Positions 36,479 through 46,514 of a stretch of DNA of 64,000 nt are shown piece by piece. The position numbers and the translations under genes were made by a program. Numbering within the stretch: position 1 is the stretch's first letter; each line of letters starts with the position of its first letter. Origin of the DNA: Chitinophagales bacterium. Its GTDB lineage: Bacteria; Bacteroidota; Bacteroidia; Chitinophagales; JADIYW01. The notes beneath the pieces are model-generated. The model had not been told where the DNA came from and made no database searches. It worked only from the letters and a program-made list of their open reading frames with translations. The stretch is taken from contig CBDCGV010000006.1 in assembly GCA_965216955.1 (NCBI GenBank), positions 66,043 to 130,042 on the forward strand. The letters run 5' to 3'.

Positions 36479-37075
36479 TTACCCCCTATCTAAATATGCC
36501 AAAATCAATAATATTATAATCAATGTATTGTAATTCTTAAGGGCTATTCTTAATTGCTTAAGTGCCTTTGTCATCTGATTCTCAATTGTTTTCTTAGAAA
36601 TATTTAGTTCCTCCGATATTTCTTGATGACTTTTACCTTCAAATCTTTTCAATAAAAAAATTGCTTTACATCTATCTGGCAATTCATCAATAGCTTTTTT
36701 AAGGTGCTCATTTAACTCTTCAAACTCTAGCTTTTCATGCGAAGAGTTTTCTAATTCTTCACCGACATTACCTTCATATCCCACTACCCTCTTAAGTCGC
36801 TTATACTCATTGATAGACCTATTAATAACAGCTCTCTTTAGATAGGGCTTTAAAGCTGATTTTATCTTTAAAGACGACCTCTTATGCCATAATTCACTTA
36901 AGACCTCTTGAACAATATCTTTTGATTTTTCCCTATCAAATAAAATATAATTTGCCGCATCTATAAGATACTCATAGTGCGTATAAAATATTTGTTTCAT
37001 AGCCCTGTTTTCTCCCCTTTCTAAACCAGAAAGCAGCGCTTTTTCATCAATATAATATACTTTATTTTTATTCAA
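36479..37075 (-). CDS. ECF-type RNA polymerase sigma-70 factor
   Basis: 198 aa. Region 2 (DIVQEVLSELWHKR) and region 4 HTH (SHQEISEELNISKKTIENQMTKALKQLR). Confidence 0.92.
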   Translation of the reverse strand: MNKNKVYYIDEKALLSGLERGENRAMKQIFYTHYEYLIDAANYILFDREKSKDIVQEVLSELWHKRSSLKIKSALKPYLKRAVINRSINEYKRLKRVVGYEGNVGEELENSSHEKLEFEELNEHLKKAIDELPDRCKAIFLLKRFEGKSHQEISEELNISKKTIENQMTKALKQLRIALKNYNTLIIILLILAYLDRG

Positions 37076-37259
37076 ATACTGTTACTCTATTTTATTACAA
37101 TAGCTCTTTCCCTAAAAGGACATCTAATAAAAATGCCGCTCAAAAATACAATACTAATCAATTGAAAAACATTTCAAGCTCAAAATCACTTTCAATCAAT
37201 ATTAAATCAAGAGCACAAAAAAAGAAAATATTTTAAAAAAGGTAGTAAATCATGGGATA

Positions 37260-37275
37260 GATAATCTAGATTATC
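37260..37275. promoter_or_regulatory. perfect 16-bp palindrome GATAATCTAGATTATC upstream of the aminotransferase gene
   Basis: Self-complementary over all 16 nt. It ends 31 nt upstream of the ATG at 37307. Confidence 0.35.
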
Positions 37276-37306
37276 CCTAACTTCGCTGGCTAAATTTTTA
37301 ACTATT

Positions 37307-38500
37307 ATGCTTACAACATCGACAACTTTAGACAGACTATCAGAATCAGCAACTATTAAAATGGCACAATTAAGCCGTGAATTAAAATCAAAGGGGCACG
37401 ATGTTATAAGTCTAAGTTTAGGGCAACCCGATTTTTCTGCGCCCAAACATATTCATACTGCTGCTAAGGAAGCCATTGATGAGGGATATGATGGTTATCC
37501 CCCAGTTCCTGGTTATTTAGATTTAAGGGAAGCCATTTGTGAAAAGTTAAAGAGGGATAACAATCTAAACTACACACCAGACCAAATAGTCGTTTCTACA
37601 GGTGCAAAGCAATCACTTGCCAATATAGCCATGTGTTTTATTAATGAGGGCGATGAAGTAATTATTCCAGCCCCATACTGGGTTACCTATCCTGAACAAG
37701 TAAGCATGATGGGTGGAAAACCTGTGTTTATTTCTTCTTCTGTTGAAACAAATTTTAAAGTAACTGCTGAACAAATAGAGGCAGCTATTACTCCAAAAAC
37801 AAAATTTTTAGTCTACTCCTCTCCTTCGAACCCAGCTGGCTCGGTGTATTCAAAAGAGGAACTGAAAAGTATTGCTGAAGTATTGGAAAGAAATCCTCAT
37901 GTATATGTGATTTCAGATGAAATATATGAACATATTAATTATGTTGGGGGCCATCAAAGCATTGCTCAATTTGATTCCATTAAAGATAGAGTGATTCTTG
38001 TCAACGGTCAGGCAAAAGGCTTTGCTATGACGGGATGGAGAATTGGTTACATTGCGGCTCCTTCATTTGTAGCAAAAGCTTGTACAAAATTACAAGGGCA
38101 ATTTACCTCAGCCACTTGCTCAATAGCACAGCGTGCCACAATAGCTGCGCTTCTTGGCGATCAACAGCCCACTATTGATATGAAAGATGCCTTTAAAAAA
38201 AGAAGGGGTTTGGTTGTTGAATTAATGAGTGCAATTGAAGGTGTAAAAACGAATGTTCCAGAAGGCGCTTTTTACCTATTTCCTGATGTGAGCTACTATT
38301 TTGGTAAATCTGACGGCAATACAACAATTAATGATAGTGGTGATTTATGCATGTATATTTTAAATAGTGTTTATGTAGCGACCGTTCCGGGATTAGCATT
38401 TGGCACCCCTGAATGTATACGTATGAGTTATGCCGCTTCAGAAGAGGATCTAAGAGAAGCTATTAAGCGAATCAAGGAAGCCTTAGGGAAACTGAAATAA
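37307..38500 (+). CDS. PLP-dependent aspartate/aromatic aminotransferase (class I)
   Basis: 397 aa. LSLGQPDF, SNPAGSVYS, and the PLP-lysine block NGQAKGFAMTGWRIGY. Confidence 0.9.
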   Translation: MLTTSTTLDRLSESATIKMAQLSRELKSKGHDVISLSLGQPDFSAPKHIHTAAKEAIDEGYDGYPPVPGYLDLREAICEKLKRDNNLNYTPDQIVVSTGAKQSLANIAMCFINEGDEVIIPAPYWVTYPEQVSMMGGKPVFISSSVETNFKVTAEQIEAAITPKTKFLVYSSPSNPAGSVYSKEELKSIAEVLERNPHVYVISDEIYEHINYVGGHQSIAQFDSIKDRVILVNGQAKGFAMTGWRIGYIAAPSFVAKACTKLQGQFTSATCSIAQRATIAALLGDQQPTIDMKDAFKKRRGLVVELMSAIEGVKTNVPEGAFYLFPDVSYYFGKSDGNTTINDSGDLCMYILNSVYVATVPGLAFGTPECIRMSYAASEEDLREAIKRIKEALGKLK

Positions 38501-38515
38501 TATCCATTTAGAATA

Positions 38516-39076
38516 TTGAGTTATTTAACAAGCATAAAAAAGCAATTTGAGTATTATAAAATGCTCGGAGATAAGACTTTTGAACAATTGTCCGATGACC
38601 AATTATTTCTACAGTATAACGAACAAAGCAATAGTATTGCCATCATAGTGAAACATTTATGGGGCAATATGATGTCTAGATGGACTGACTTTTTGGATTC
38701 GGATGGCGAGAAAGAATGGAGAAAAAGAGATGAAGAATTCGAAAACGACATTCAATCAAGAAGCGTATTACTAGAAAAGTGGGAAGAAGGATGGCAATGC
38801 CTTTTTGGTGCAATTAATTCATTGTCAGATGACGATTTAGAACGCAACATTTTTATTCGAAACATGGGACATACGGTTACAGAGGCCATTAACAGACAAC
38901 TCGCTCATTATGCATATCATATAGGTCAAATTGTTTTTATTGGAAAAATGATAAAAGGCGAAAACTGGGCATCACTTTCAATTCCGAAAGGCACTTCAAA
39001 ATCTTATAATGAAATACAGTTTTCTAAACCCAAACGAAAAGAACATTTTATAGATGACATCATGAAGAAGAAGTAA
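38516..39076 (+). CDS. DUF1572 / DinB-like four-helix-bundle protein
   Basis: 186 aa. NSIAIIVKHLWGNMMSRWTDFL..EKEWRKRDEEFE..HYAYHIGQIVF pattern. Confidence 0.7.
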   Translation: MSYLTSIKKQFEYYKMLGDKTFEQLSDDQLFLQYNEQSNSIAIIVKHLWGNMMSRWTDFLDSDGEKEWRKRDEEFENDIQSRSVLLEKWEEGWQCLFGAINSLSDDDLERNIFIRNMGHTVTEAINRQLAHYAYHIGQIVFIGKMIKGENWASLSIPKGTSKSYNEIQFSKPKRKEHFIDDIMKKK

Positions 39077-39095
39077 ATCAACGGTTTTATCTTAT

Positions 39096-40352
39096 TTACT
39101 TACTTCTAATCGCTTCCACGGGGTCCATTTTAGAAGCTTTTGATGCCGGTAAAAACCCTGAGATTATTCCAATTAGAATGGAAACACTGATTCCTATTAG
39201 TATATTTTTCATACTCAAGCCAAAAGTAAAATCAGCCGTTCTAGTAGCAATTGTCGCTAAAATATAAACCAATAAAAGACCTATTATACCTCCCAGAATG
39301 CAAAGAATAATAGACTCTAATAAAAACTCTGCTAAAATATGATTCTTATGTGCACCCATTGCCTTTTTGATGCCAATTATTTTTGTGCGTTCTGAAACAG
39401 ACACAAACATAATATTTGCAATTCCAAACCCTCCAATCAAAAGCGCAAAAAAGCCCATAATCCAACCAATCATATTTAATGCCTTAAGCAGATCATTAAA
39501 GCCCAAAGAAATAATACTTAAGCGATTTATTGCAAAATTATCTTCACTAAGAGGACGTAGTCTTCTAGAAGATCTCATTACGCCTTCAATCTCCACTTTC
39601 AATTGCGTTAAATTCACCTTGTCTTTCGCTTTAACAACAATATCTGGGGTAGCATCCTCTAGTACTATATTTGTGCTCTTTGTAACAAATGCATAGGGCA
39701 TTAAAACCACCTTGTCAAAATTGATGCCCAATAAATCTTCTCCCTCCTTTTTTATAATGCCTATAATCTCTACTTTTTTATCTAAAACATTAATCTCCTT
39801 GCCAATTATATCTTTATCTTCCTCAAATACTTCCTCCGCGGTAGCAGCACCAATTACAGCAACATTTTGCCCTCTATAGCATTCTTGTAATGTAAAATAT
39901 CTGCCATATTGAATATTTAATTCGAAAACACTACCATATTCATGGGTTACCCCCATTACATCCAGCTGCTTAACCGTTCTTGTTTTATAATTCACCTCTT
40001 CATCTCTTGCATCTACCGAATAAACAACATCTTTTGCATTTCGAAGTCGCTCCTTCAAAAACTTATAATCATCAAAACTGGCTTCCGGACGCTGCCAATA
40101 CTTCCACCATGGATATTCTTTTGTTGAGAAAGTCCATGGCCATTTCTCAATAAACAATAAGTTATCTCCCAAACTACTAATGGATCTATTAATATTGTTT
40201 TTTAATGCGTCTACGGAGGTAAGAATTGAGATAATACAAAAGATACCAATGGTTATCCCCAGTAGAGATAAAAATGAACGCAACTTATTGACCCATAACT
40301 GTTGAAAGGACAATTTTAAGCTTTCAAATAGTATCTGAAAAAAAGCTTTCAT
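39096..40352 (-). CDS. ABC transporter permease, MacB/FtsX type
   Basis: 418 aa. N-terminal TM helix, a large periplasmic domain and a C-terminal FtsX 3-TM bundle (RTKIIGIKKAMGA). Confidence 0.88.
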   Translation of the reverse strand: MKAFFQILFESLKLSFQQLWVNKLRSFLSLLGITIGIFCIISILTSVDALKNNINRSISSLGDNLLFIEKWPWTFSTKEYPWWKYWQRPEASFDDYKFLKERLRNAKDVVYSVDARDEEVNYKTRTVKQLDVMGVTHEYGSVFELNIQYGRYFTLQECYRGQNVAVIGAATAEEVFEEDKDIIGKEINVLDKKVEIIGIIKKEGEDLLGINFDKVVLMPYAFVTKSTNIVLEDATPDIVVKAKDKVNLTQLKVEIEGVMRSSRRLRPLSEDNFAINRLSIISLGFNDLLKALNMIGWIMGFFALLIGGFGIANIMFVSVSERTKIIGIKKAMGAHKNHILAEFLLESIILCILGGIIGLLLVYILATIATRTADFTFGLSMKNILIGISVSILIGIISGFLPASKASKMDPVEAIRSK

Positions 40353-40405
40353 AATAACTTAAGATTATAAAGATAAACAAGCAATGGATAGTCTGTTATA
40401 TTTTA

Positions 40406-40413
40406 TAAATTTG
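40406..40413 (+). promoter_or_regulatory. -7 type promoter box TAAATTTG upstream of queA
   Basis: TAnnTTTG match 31 nt upstream of the ATG at 40445. Confidence 0.4.
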
Positions 40414-40444
40414 CGCTCCCATATTATAATTTAAATTAAGACAT

Positions 40445-41494
40445 ATGAAATTATCTCAGTTCAACTTTGAGCTTTCTCCAGAATTTATTGCCGATTACCC
40501 ATCAAGATTTAGAGATGAATGTCGTTTGATGGTAGTTGATAGAGAAAAACAAACTATCGAGCATAAAATCTTCAAGGATATTCTAAATTATTTTGATGAA
40601 GGAGATATTATGATCTTAAATAATACTAAAGTTTTTCCTGCAAGATTATTTGGAACTAAAGAAAAAACTGGTGCTAAAATAGAAGTCTTCTTACTCAGAG
40701 AGTTAAACAGAGAAGCTAAATTATGGGATGTTTTGGTAGATCCTGCAAGAAAGATTAGAGTTGGGAATAAATTATACTTTGGAGAAGATAACTTACTTGT
40801 AGCAGAAGTTGTTGACAATACTACTTCAAGAGGTAGAACGATTAGATTTCTATTTGATGGAGAATATTCAGAATTTAAGCAAGCGTTAGCCATTTTGGGC
40901 AATACTCCCTTACCAAAATACATTAAAAGAGATCCTGAAGATATCGACAAAGAAAGATATCAAACTATATATGCAAAAGAAGAGGGTGCAGTAGCTGCTC
41001 CGACTGCCGGCTTGCACTTTAGCAGAGAATTAATGAAGCGTCTAGAGATCAAAGGACTTGACTTTGCTGAATTAACTTTACATGTTGGATTAGGGACTTT
41101 TGATTCTATTGATGTAGAAGACCTTTCCAAACATAAAATGGATGCAGAATACTTTAGGGTAAGTGAAGACGCTGCTCAAAAGGTGAATAGAGCAAAGAAG
41201 AATAAAAATAGAGTTTGTGCGGTTGGTACCACTAGTATAAGGGCTTCTGAAACTGCCGTTTCTGCCGAAAGGTTATTAAAGGCTATGGAAGGCTGGACCA
41301 ATTTATTTGTTCATCCACCCTATGAGTTTGCCATCTCAGATGCATTGGTAACTAATTTCCATCTGCCTAAATCAAGTTTGCTAATTTTAACTTGTGCTTT
41401 TGGTGGCTATGATTTAATAATGAAAGCGTATGAAGAAGCGGTGAAAGAAAAATATAATTTCTTCTCCTATGGCGATGCGATGTTAATTATCTAA
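40445..41494 (+). CDS. queA: S-adenosylmethionine:tRNA ribosyltransferase-isomerase
   Basis: 349 aa. [20 protein letters not shown](D/E)xx[13 protein letters not shown] and AAPTAGLHF motifs. Confidence 0.96.
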   Translation: MKLSQFNFELSPEFIADYPSRFRDECRLMVVDREKQTIEHKIFKDILNYFDEGDIMILNNTKVFPARLFGTKEKTGAKIEVFLLRELNREAKLWDVLVDPARKIRVGNKLYFGEDNLLVAEVVDNTTSRGRTIRFLFDGEYSEFKQALAILGNTPLPKYIKRDPEDIDKERYQTIYAKEEGAVAAPTAGLHFSRELMKRLEIKGLDFAELTLHVGLGTFDSIDVEDLSKHKMDAEYFRVSEDAAQKVNRAKKNKNRVCAVGTTSIRASETAVSAERLLKAMEGWTNLFVHPPYEFAISDALVTNFHLPKSSLLILTCAFGGYDLIMKAYEEAVKEKYNFFSYGDAMLII

Positions 41495-41568
41495 AGCGCA
41501 TAACCTACTTAAATCACCTATTCTATAGTTAACTAGTAAAACTAGGTTTTCAATAAATTATACATCGA

Positions 41569-41594
41569 AAATATGGACAACTAAGTCCATATTT
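41569..41594. terminator. bidirectional hairpin between convergent queA and the DUF2795 gene
   Basis: AAATATGGAC-aactaa-GTCCATATTT, a perfect 10-bp stem with A/T tracts on both sides. Confidence 0.55.
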
Positions 41595-41629
41595 GAGATT
41601 TGTACACTCCGCTAAAATTGATTTAAATA

Positions 41630-41854
41630 CTAGTATTCATCTTCATTAAAAAAGAAGTCATCTTTGGTGGGATAATCAGGCCAAATATCTTCTATTGTTT
41701 CATAGATCTCTCCTTCTTCATCCTCTAATTCTTGAAGATTCTCCATTACTTCAATAGGAGCTCCTGTCCTAATTGCAAAATCTATAAGCTCATCTTTTGT
41801 TGATGGCCATGGTGCATCTTCTAAATAAGATGCTAATTCTAAAGTCCAATACAT
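41630..41854 (-). CDS. DUF2795 domain-containing protein
   Basis: 74 aa. LEDAPWPSTKDELIDFAIRTGAPIEVMENLQ pattern. Confidence 0.8.
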   Translation of the reverse strand: MYWTLELASYLEDAPWPSTKDELIDFAIRTGAPIEVMENLQELEDEEGEIYETIEDIWPDYPTKDDFFFNEDEY

Positions 41855-41917
41855 AATCCAGTTTACTTAAAGCGCGCAATAGTAACGAAATTTTTTAATA
41901 AATTATCAAAAAACTAG

Positions 41918-42490
41918 TCACTTTTTTTTCCACTTTTTTTTGGTTCCCATTTTATCTCCATACCTCCTCGATTGATGGTCTGCATTCAATTTTCGTGCCA
42001 ATAGAAATAGGAAATCTGAAAGACGATTTAGGTACTTAATTATTATTGGTTCGACTACTTCATGGATAGAAAGCTCAACAATTCTACGCTCTGCTCTTCG
42101 ACATATACATCTGGCTAAATGCGTCTGTGCCGCAGATATATGCCCCCCTGGTAAAATAAAGTGCTTTAGGATAGGAAGATGAGCATCTAAACTATCAATT
42201 TGTTTTTCAATTAATGTAATATCATTTTCTTCCACTTTAGGAAGCGGCATTTTATTTTTAGAACTATCCTCCGCAAGCAACGCGCCAATATCAAATAAAT
42301 CGCATTGAACTTTGTGTATAAAAGTTGTTAATACTTCATCAGTAATATAAGTAGCTACGACTCCTATTATAGAATTTAGTTCATCCACCGTACCATAAGC
42401 CTCAATCTTAATATTTGATTTACTTACCTTCGTTCCACCAATCAACGATGTTTGCCCTTTATCTCCTGTTTTTGTATAAATTTTTTTCAT
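41918..42490 (-). CDS. ATP:cob(I)alamin adenosyltransferase, PduO type
   Basis: 190 aa. KIYTKTGDKGQTSLIGG N-terminus and LPGG..AAQTHLARCICRRAER. Confidence 0.92.
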   Translation of the reverse strand: MKKIYTKTGDKGQTSLIGGTKVSKSNIKIEAYGTVDELNSIIGVVATYITDEVLTTFIHKVQCDLFDIGALLAEDSSKNKMPLPKVEENDITLIEKQIDSLDAHLPILKHFILPGGHISAAQTHLARCICRRAERRIVELSIHEVVEPIIIKYLNRLSDFLFLLARKLNADHQSRRYGDKMGTKKKWKKK

Positions 42491-42515
42491 CTACCAAGAT
42501 TTATATACATTGAAG

Positions 42516-43226
42516 CTAAAAATCTATTTTTTTAATATTTAAATTTTGCTCATCCGATTCAATCACTCCATCTCTTAACCGTATAATTCTGTGTGTATAA
42601 TTAGCAATGTCCTCTTCATGTGTAACGATAATAATTGTATTCCCCTCTTCATGAATTTTCTCAAACAATTGCATTATTTCATAAGATGTTTTTGTATCTA
42701 AATTCCCTGTTGGCTCATCTGCCAATATTAAAGATGGTTTATTTACTAATGCCCTTGCTACCGCCACTCGTTGTCTTTGCCCCCCAGACAATTCATTAGG
42801 TCTATGTTTCAATCTATCACTTAACCCCACATCATTTAAAACCTTAGTGGCTCTTTCTTCTCGCTGTTTTTTAGAAAAACCGGCATAAACTAATGGCAGC
42901 ATTACATTTTCTAACGTCGTTAACCTCGGTATTAAATTAAATGTCTGAAAAACAAAACCAATTTTTTTGTTTCTAATATCAGCTAATTCATTATCATCTA
43001 ACGACTGAGTTTCAATTCCTTCTAGAAAGTAATTTCCTCCGGTTGGTGTGTCTAAGCACCCTAAAATATTCATTAAAGTAGACTTTCCTGAACCTGAAGG
43101 GCCCATTAGCGCAACATATTCATTTCTCTTTATTGAGACATCACATCCATTGAGAGCCTTAATTAACTCATTACCCAACTTAAAATGACGCTGGATATTT
43201 TCAATTTTAATAATTTCAGATGACAA
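42516..43226 (-). CDS. ABC transporter ATP-binding protein (MacB/LolD-like)
   Basis: 236 aa. Walker [10 protein letters not shown], signature LSGGQRQR, Walker B LILADEPT. Confidence 0.92.
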   Translation of the reverse strand: MSSEIIKIENIQRHFKLGNELIKALNGCDVSIKRNEYVALMGPSGSGKSTLMNILGCLDTPTGGNYFLEGIETQSLDDNELADIRNKKIGFVFQTFNLIPRLTTLENVMLPLVYAGFSKKQREERATKVLNDVGLSDRLKHRPNELSGGQRQRVAVARALVNKPSLILADEPTGNLDTKTSYEIMQLFEKIHEEGNTIIIVTHEEDIANYTHRIIRLRDGVIESDEQNLNIKKIDF

Positions 43227-43227
43227 A

Positions 43228-43521
43228 CTACTTTTTTTGAATGACCTTAGGAACCTTAATGAAATCAGAGTCTTTAGACGGGGCGTTCATTAATGCTTCT
43301 TCTTTGGATATATTATTATTAACCTCGTCTTCTCGAAAGACATTCACTTCCTCGTTTATATATATTAGAGGCTCCACATTACTCGTATCCACTTCACTTA
43401 ATTTTTCCATGAAGGACAATATCTTCTCCAAGTCATTTTTAATCTCTTCTCTCTTAGAATCATCAAAATCTAACTTTGAAAGTGATGCCAAATGTGCTAT
43501 TAAAGTATCGTTTACTTTCAT
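43228..43521 (-). CDS. gatC: Asp/Glu-tRNA amidotransferase subunit C
   Basis: 97 aa. [36 protein letters not shown] pattern. Confidence 0.9.
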   Translation of the reverse strand: MKVNDTLIAHLASLSKLDFDDSKREEIKNDLEKILSFMEKLSEVDTSNVEPLIYINEEVNVFREDEVNNNISKEEALMNAPSKDSDFIKVPKVIQKK

Positions 43522-43644
43522 GGAAAAATTTGATCAAAGATACAAATTTAACCTTAGAGACCGATCTCGAATATAATTAATTCATAATAACAAAAAATGT
43601 CTGTTAACGTACATGAAGTACAATCCTTTTTTTATTTTCACGCA

Positions 43645-44634
43645 ATGGAAAGAGTTGTAAGCGGAATTAGATCCACAGGAAATTTACACTTAGGAAACTA
43701 TTTTGGTGCCGTACAGAATTTTGTTCCTTTACAAGAAGCCCATGAATGTTATTTCTTTATCGCTAATTTACATTCTCTTACTACACATCCTGACCCTATA
43801 GAGTTGAAAAAAAATGTCCAGGCTGTATTGGTTGAATACTTAGCATGTGGCTTAGATCCCAACAAGTCAATTATATACGTTCAAAGTCATGTGCCGGAAA
43901 TTAGTGAGTTATATACACTCATGAATATGTTAGCATATAAAGGTGAATTAGAAAAGGTCGTCACCTTTAAAGAAAAAATCAAAAAGCATAAAGAAAATAT
44001 TAATGCAGGTTTACTTACCTATCCTGTATTGATGGCTGCTGATATTCTTATTCATAGAGCTCATAAAGTTCCTGTGGGTAAAGATCAAGAACAGCACCTT
44101 GAAATGACAAGAAATTTTGCGAAACGCTTTAACAATAGATATAAAACAGACCTTTTTCCAGAACCACAAGCTTTTAATTTTTCAGGGAAATTGGTAAAAG
44201 TTCCTGGTTTAGATGGAACAGGAAAGATGGGAAAATCTGAAGGACATGGTAATGCCATTTTCCTAAGAGATGATGAAGCTACTATTCGAAAAAAAGTGAT
44301 GAAAGCAAAAACAGACAGTGGCCCGACAGAAAAAAATCAAAAGAAGCCACCTGAAATAGAAAATCTATTTAAAATAATGGAATTAGTATCAACTACTGAT
44401 ACTATTAATCATTTTGATGATCACTATAAAAACTGCAGTATTAGATACGGAGATATGAAGAAACAACTAGCTGAAGATATTATCAATTTTACTTATCCAC
44501 TTAGAGAAAAAATTGTAGCTTTAGAAGACAAAGAAGATAGATTAAAACAAATAATGAAAGAAGGTGCTGAAAAGGCACGCATAAGTGCAAAAGCAACTAT
44601 CAAAGAGGTGAAAGCACTAATGGGAATTAACTAA
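43645..44634 (+). CDS. trpS: tryptophan--tRNA ligase
   Basis: GNLHLGNYFGA (HIGH-like) and KMGKSEG (KMSKS-like). I prefer the start at the second Met (MERVVSGIRSTG); the ORF track starts at 43597. Confidence 0.93.
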   Translation: MERVVSGIRSTGNLHLGNYFGAVQNFVPLQEAHECYFFIANLHSLTTHPDPIELKKNVQAVLVEYLACGLDPNKSIIYVQSHVPEISELYTLMNMLAYKGELEKVVTFKEKIKKHKENINAGLLTYPVLMAADILIHRAHKVPVGKDQEQHLEMTRNFAKRFNNRYKTDLFPEPQAFNFSGKLVKVPGLDGTGKMGKSEGHGNAIFLRDDEATIRKKVMKAKTDSGPTEKNQKKPPEIENLFKIMELVSTTDTINHFDDHYKNCSIRYGDMKKQLAEDIINFTYPLREKIVALEDKEDRLKQIMKEGAEKARISAKATIKEVKALMGIN

Positions 44635-44638
44635 TCTT

Positions 44639-45283
44639 ATGGCAGCAAAAAAGAAAAATAAAGAGATAAAGCATATTGCCGTTGCTGGAAACATTGGAGC
44701 AGGAAAAACAACTCTAAGTAGAAAATTAGCCAAGCATTATGGATGGACACCGATGTTTGAAGATGTTGAAAACAACCCTTACTTAAATGATTTTTATCAA
44801 AATATGCCCAGGTGGTCTTTTAATCTTCAAATTTATTTTCTCAATAACAGGCTCAAACAAATCATTGAAATTCAGCAGGGAGATGAAATAGTTATTCAAG
44901 ATCGAACCATCTATGAAGATGCTCATATTTTTGCGCCTAACCTTCATGAAATGGGTTTAATGTCCAAAAGAGATTTTGAGAATTATATCAACTTATTTAG
45001 AACTATTTGTATGCAAATAAATCCTCCAGATTTATTAATCTATTTAAAATCTTCTCTACCAACCTTAGTTGATCAAATTCAGAAAAGAGGAAGAGATTAT
45101 GAGGATAATATTAGATTAGATTATCTAAAGCAATTAAATCAATATTACAATAATTGGATTGAGAATTATAGAGAAGGTCCTTTATTAGTTATAGATGTTG
45201 ACAATTTAAACATCGTTGACAAGCAAGAAGATCTTGGAAGTGTTATTAGTAAAATTGATGCAGAACTATTTGGACTTTTTTAA
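44639..45283 (+). CDS. deoxynucleoside kinase
   Basis: 214 aa. P-loop IAVAGNIGAGKTTL and QDRTIYEDAHIFA. Confidence 0.9.
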   Translation: MAAKKKNKEIKHIAVAGNIGAGKTTLSRKLAKHYGWTPMFEDVENNPYLNDFYQNMPRWSFNLQIYFLNNRLKQIIEIQQGDEIVIQDRTIYEDAHIFAPNLHEMGLMSKRDFENYINLFRTICMQINPPDLLIYLKSSLPTLVDQIQKRGRDYEDNIRLDYLKQLNQYYNNWIENYREGPLLVIDVDNLNIVDKQEDLGSVISKIDAELFGLF

Positions 45284-45286
45284 TTG

Positions 45287-46375
45287 TTAATCCTGTGCTT
45301 TTACATATTCTGCTTTGATGTTTTCAAGAACACGCCTAGCGTCTGCAACATCTGTAACCTTACCACTTTTAAAAGCGACTACATATGCAGAACTAAAACC
45401 TTGAACTTTTCTAATAGATCTTAATAGTTCATCCACAATATCTAAGTCTTCATAAATCCCTATGCGTACGTTAGTTAATCCATCTTCTCTGACAAAAGAC
45501 TCCATCTCTCCATAATGATCAAACTCATTTTGAAGGATATCCCAGTTAGGTGTTCTAAATAAACCCAACTGAATTTTGAATGAATAATCATCTGTACTCA
45601 AAGGATTAAAATCTCTATTATCTGTATATAATTTTGTAGGGGTTGTGTTTTCTTCATCAACTATTTCAATTTCCTCGTCAGCTTCATCAATGTAAGTATT
45701 GTTAGCAGAGACAAAATCATAAAACTGTTCAACTTCCATGAAAGTCAATCTCTCCTTAGAAATATATCTCAAAGTTTGATTTTCCATTAATGAGGGGAAG
45801 TACTCATCATCAGTAGTGTTTACAAAGTTTCCAAGGTTCATGGGATTGCTCCATTGTTTGTCCTTCTTTTCTACCATATAAATATCCGTCCCACCTTTTG
45901 AATCATCAAAATTTGCAACAAAGTATAAAACATTACCATCTTTAGACAAGCAAGGATGCCCTACTGTAAAGGATTCCATTTTTGACTCTGCAACCTTCCA
46001 CATACCATCTTTCCAATAAGCACCAAGTACTTCTGACATTAATATTTGTTCTACACTTTGATACGTTGTTTTTTGTGTAGGTGTAGGAGCATTTCCCTCT
46101 TCGTCTTTAAAAACAGTAACCATAAACAAGTTGCTAAGCTCCTCTTCTATTTCTTCTGGCAATGATTGATATACCAGTTCACTAGAGTAATATATTTCTT
46201 GATCTCCTCTCTCATCGGTGAATTGAAAGGTGCTAACTTTCTTATCTGCCACATCAAGAAGATCCAAAATAATTTTTTCTTTTGATTTCTTAGTATCTCC
46301 TCCGGTATTAGAAAATACTACATTTGCGTTTAGTACGCATAATATTAAGAGAGGCATCAAGTATTTCATCGTCAA
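45287..46375 (-). CDS. secreted protein with a PD40/TolB-like repeat and a C-terminal SPOR-like domain
   Basis: 362 aa. Signal peptide. LSKDGNVLYFVANFDDSKGGTDIYMV resembles PD40. The C-terminal FKIQLGLFRT..VRIGIYED..AYVVAFKSG resembles SPOR. Confidence 0.45.
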   Translation of the reverse strand: MTMKYLMPLLILCVLNANVVFSNTGGDTKKSKEKIILDLLDVADKKVSTFQFTDERGDQEIYYSSELVYQSLPEEIEEELSNLFMVTVFKDEEGNAPTPTQKTTYQSVEQILMSEVLGAYWKDGMWKVAESKMESFTVGHPCLSKDGNVLYFVANFDDSKGGTDIYMVEKKDKQWSNPMNLGNFVNTTDDEYFPSLMENQTLRYISKERLTFMEVEQFYDFVSANNTYIDEADEEIEIVDEENTTPTKLYTDNRDFNPLSTDDYSFKIQLGLFRTPNWDILQNEFDHYGEMESFVREDGLTNVRIGIYEDLDIVDELLRSIRKVQGFSSAYVVAFKSGKVTDVADARRVLENIKAEYVKAQD

Positions 46376-46514
46376 TATATTTTAATATTAGCATAAACTT
46401 AGATAAAGAGCAAAAAAAAAACTAGACAATGTTTTCAACAGATCTTAATATCTGATAAAAAGAATTGATATACAGTCATTTAAAAGCATCCTTTTTATAA
46501 AAAAGATTTTTTTT

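Noticed and set aside
37207-37446. 79-aa minus-strand ORF spanning the aspC promoter and 5' end
   Set aside because: It overlaps the start of a well-supported aminotransferase gene and has no recognisable features.
41531-41550. Short hairpin CTAGT-aaa-ACTAG + TTTT after queA
   Set aside because: A 5-bp AT-rich stem with a 3-nt loop is too weak to call. The stronger 10-bp hairpin at 41569-41594 is annotated instead.
43597-43644. 16-codon N-terminal extension of trpS (MSVNVHEVQSFFYFHA)
   Set aside because: TrpRS proteins start just before the xRVxSGIxxTG block. The second Met fits, and the extension has no counterpart that I know of.
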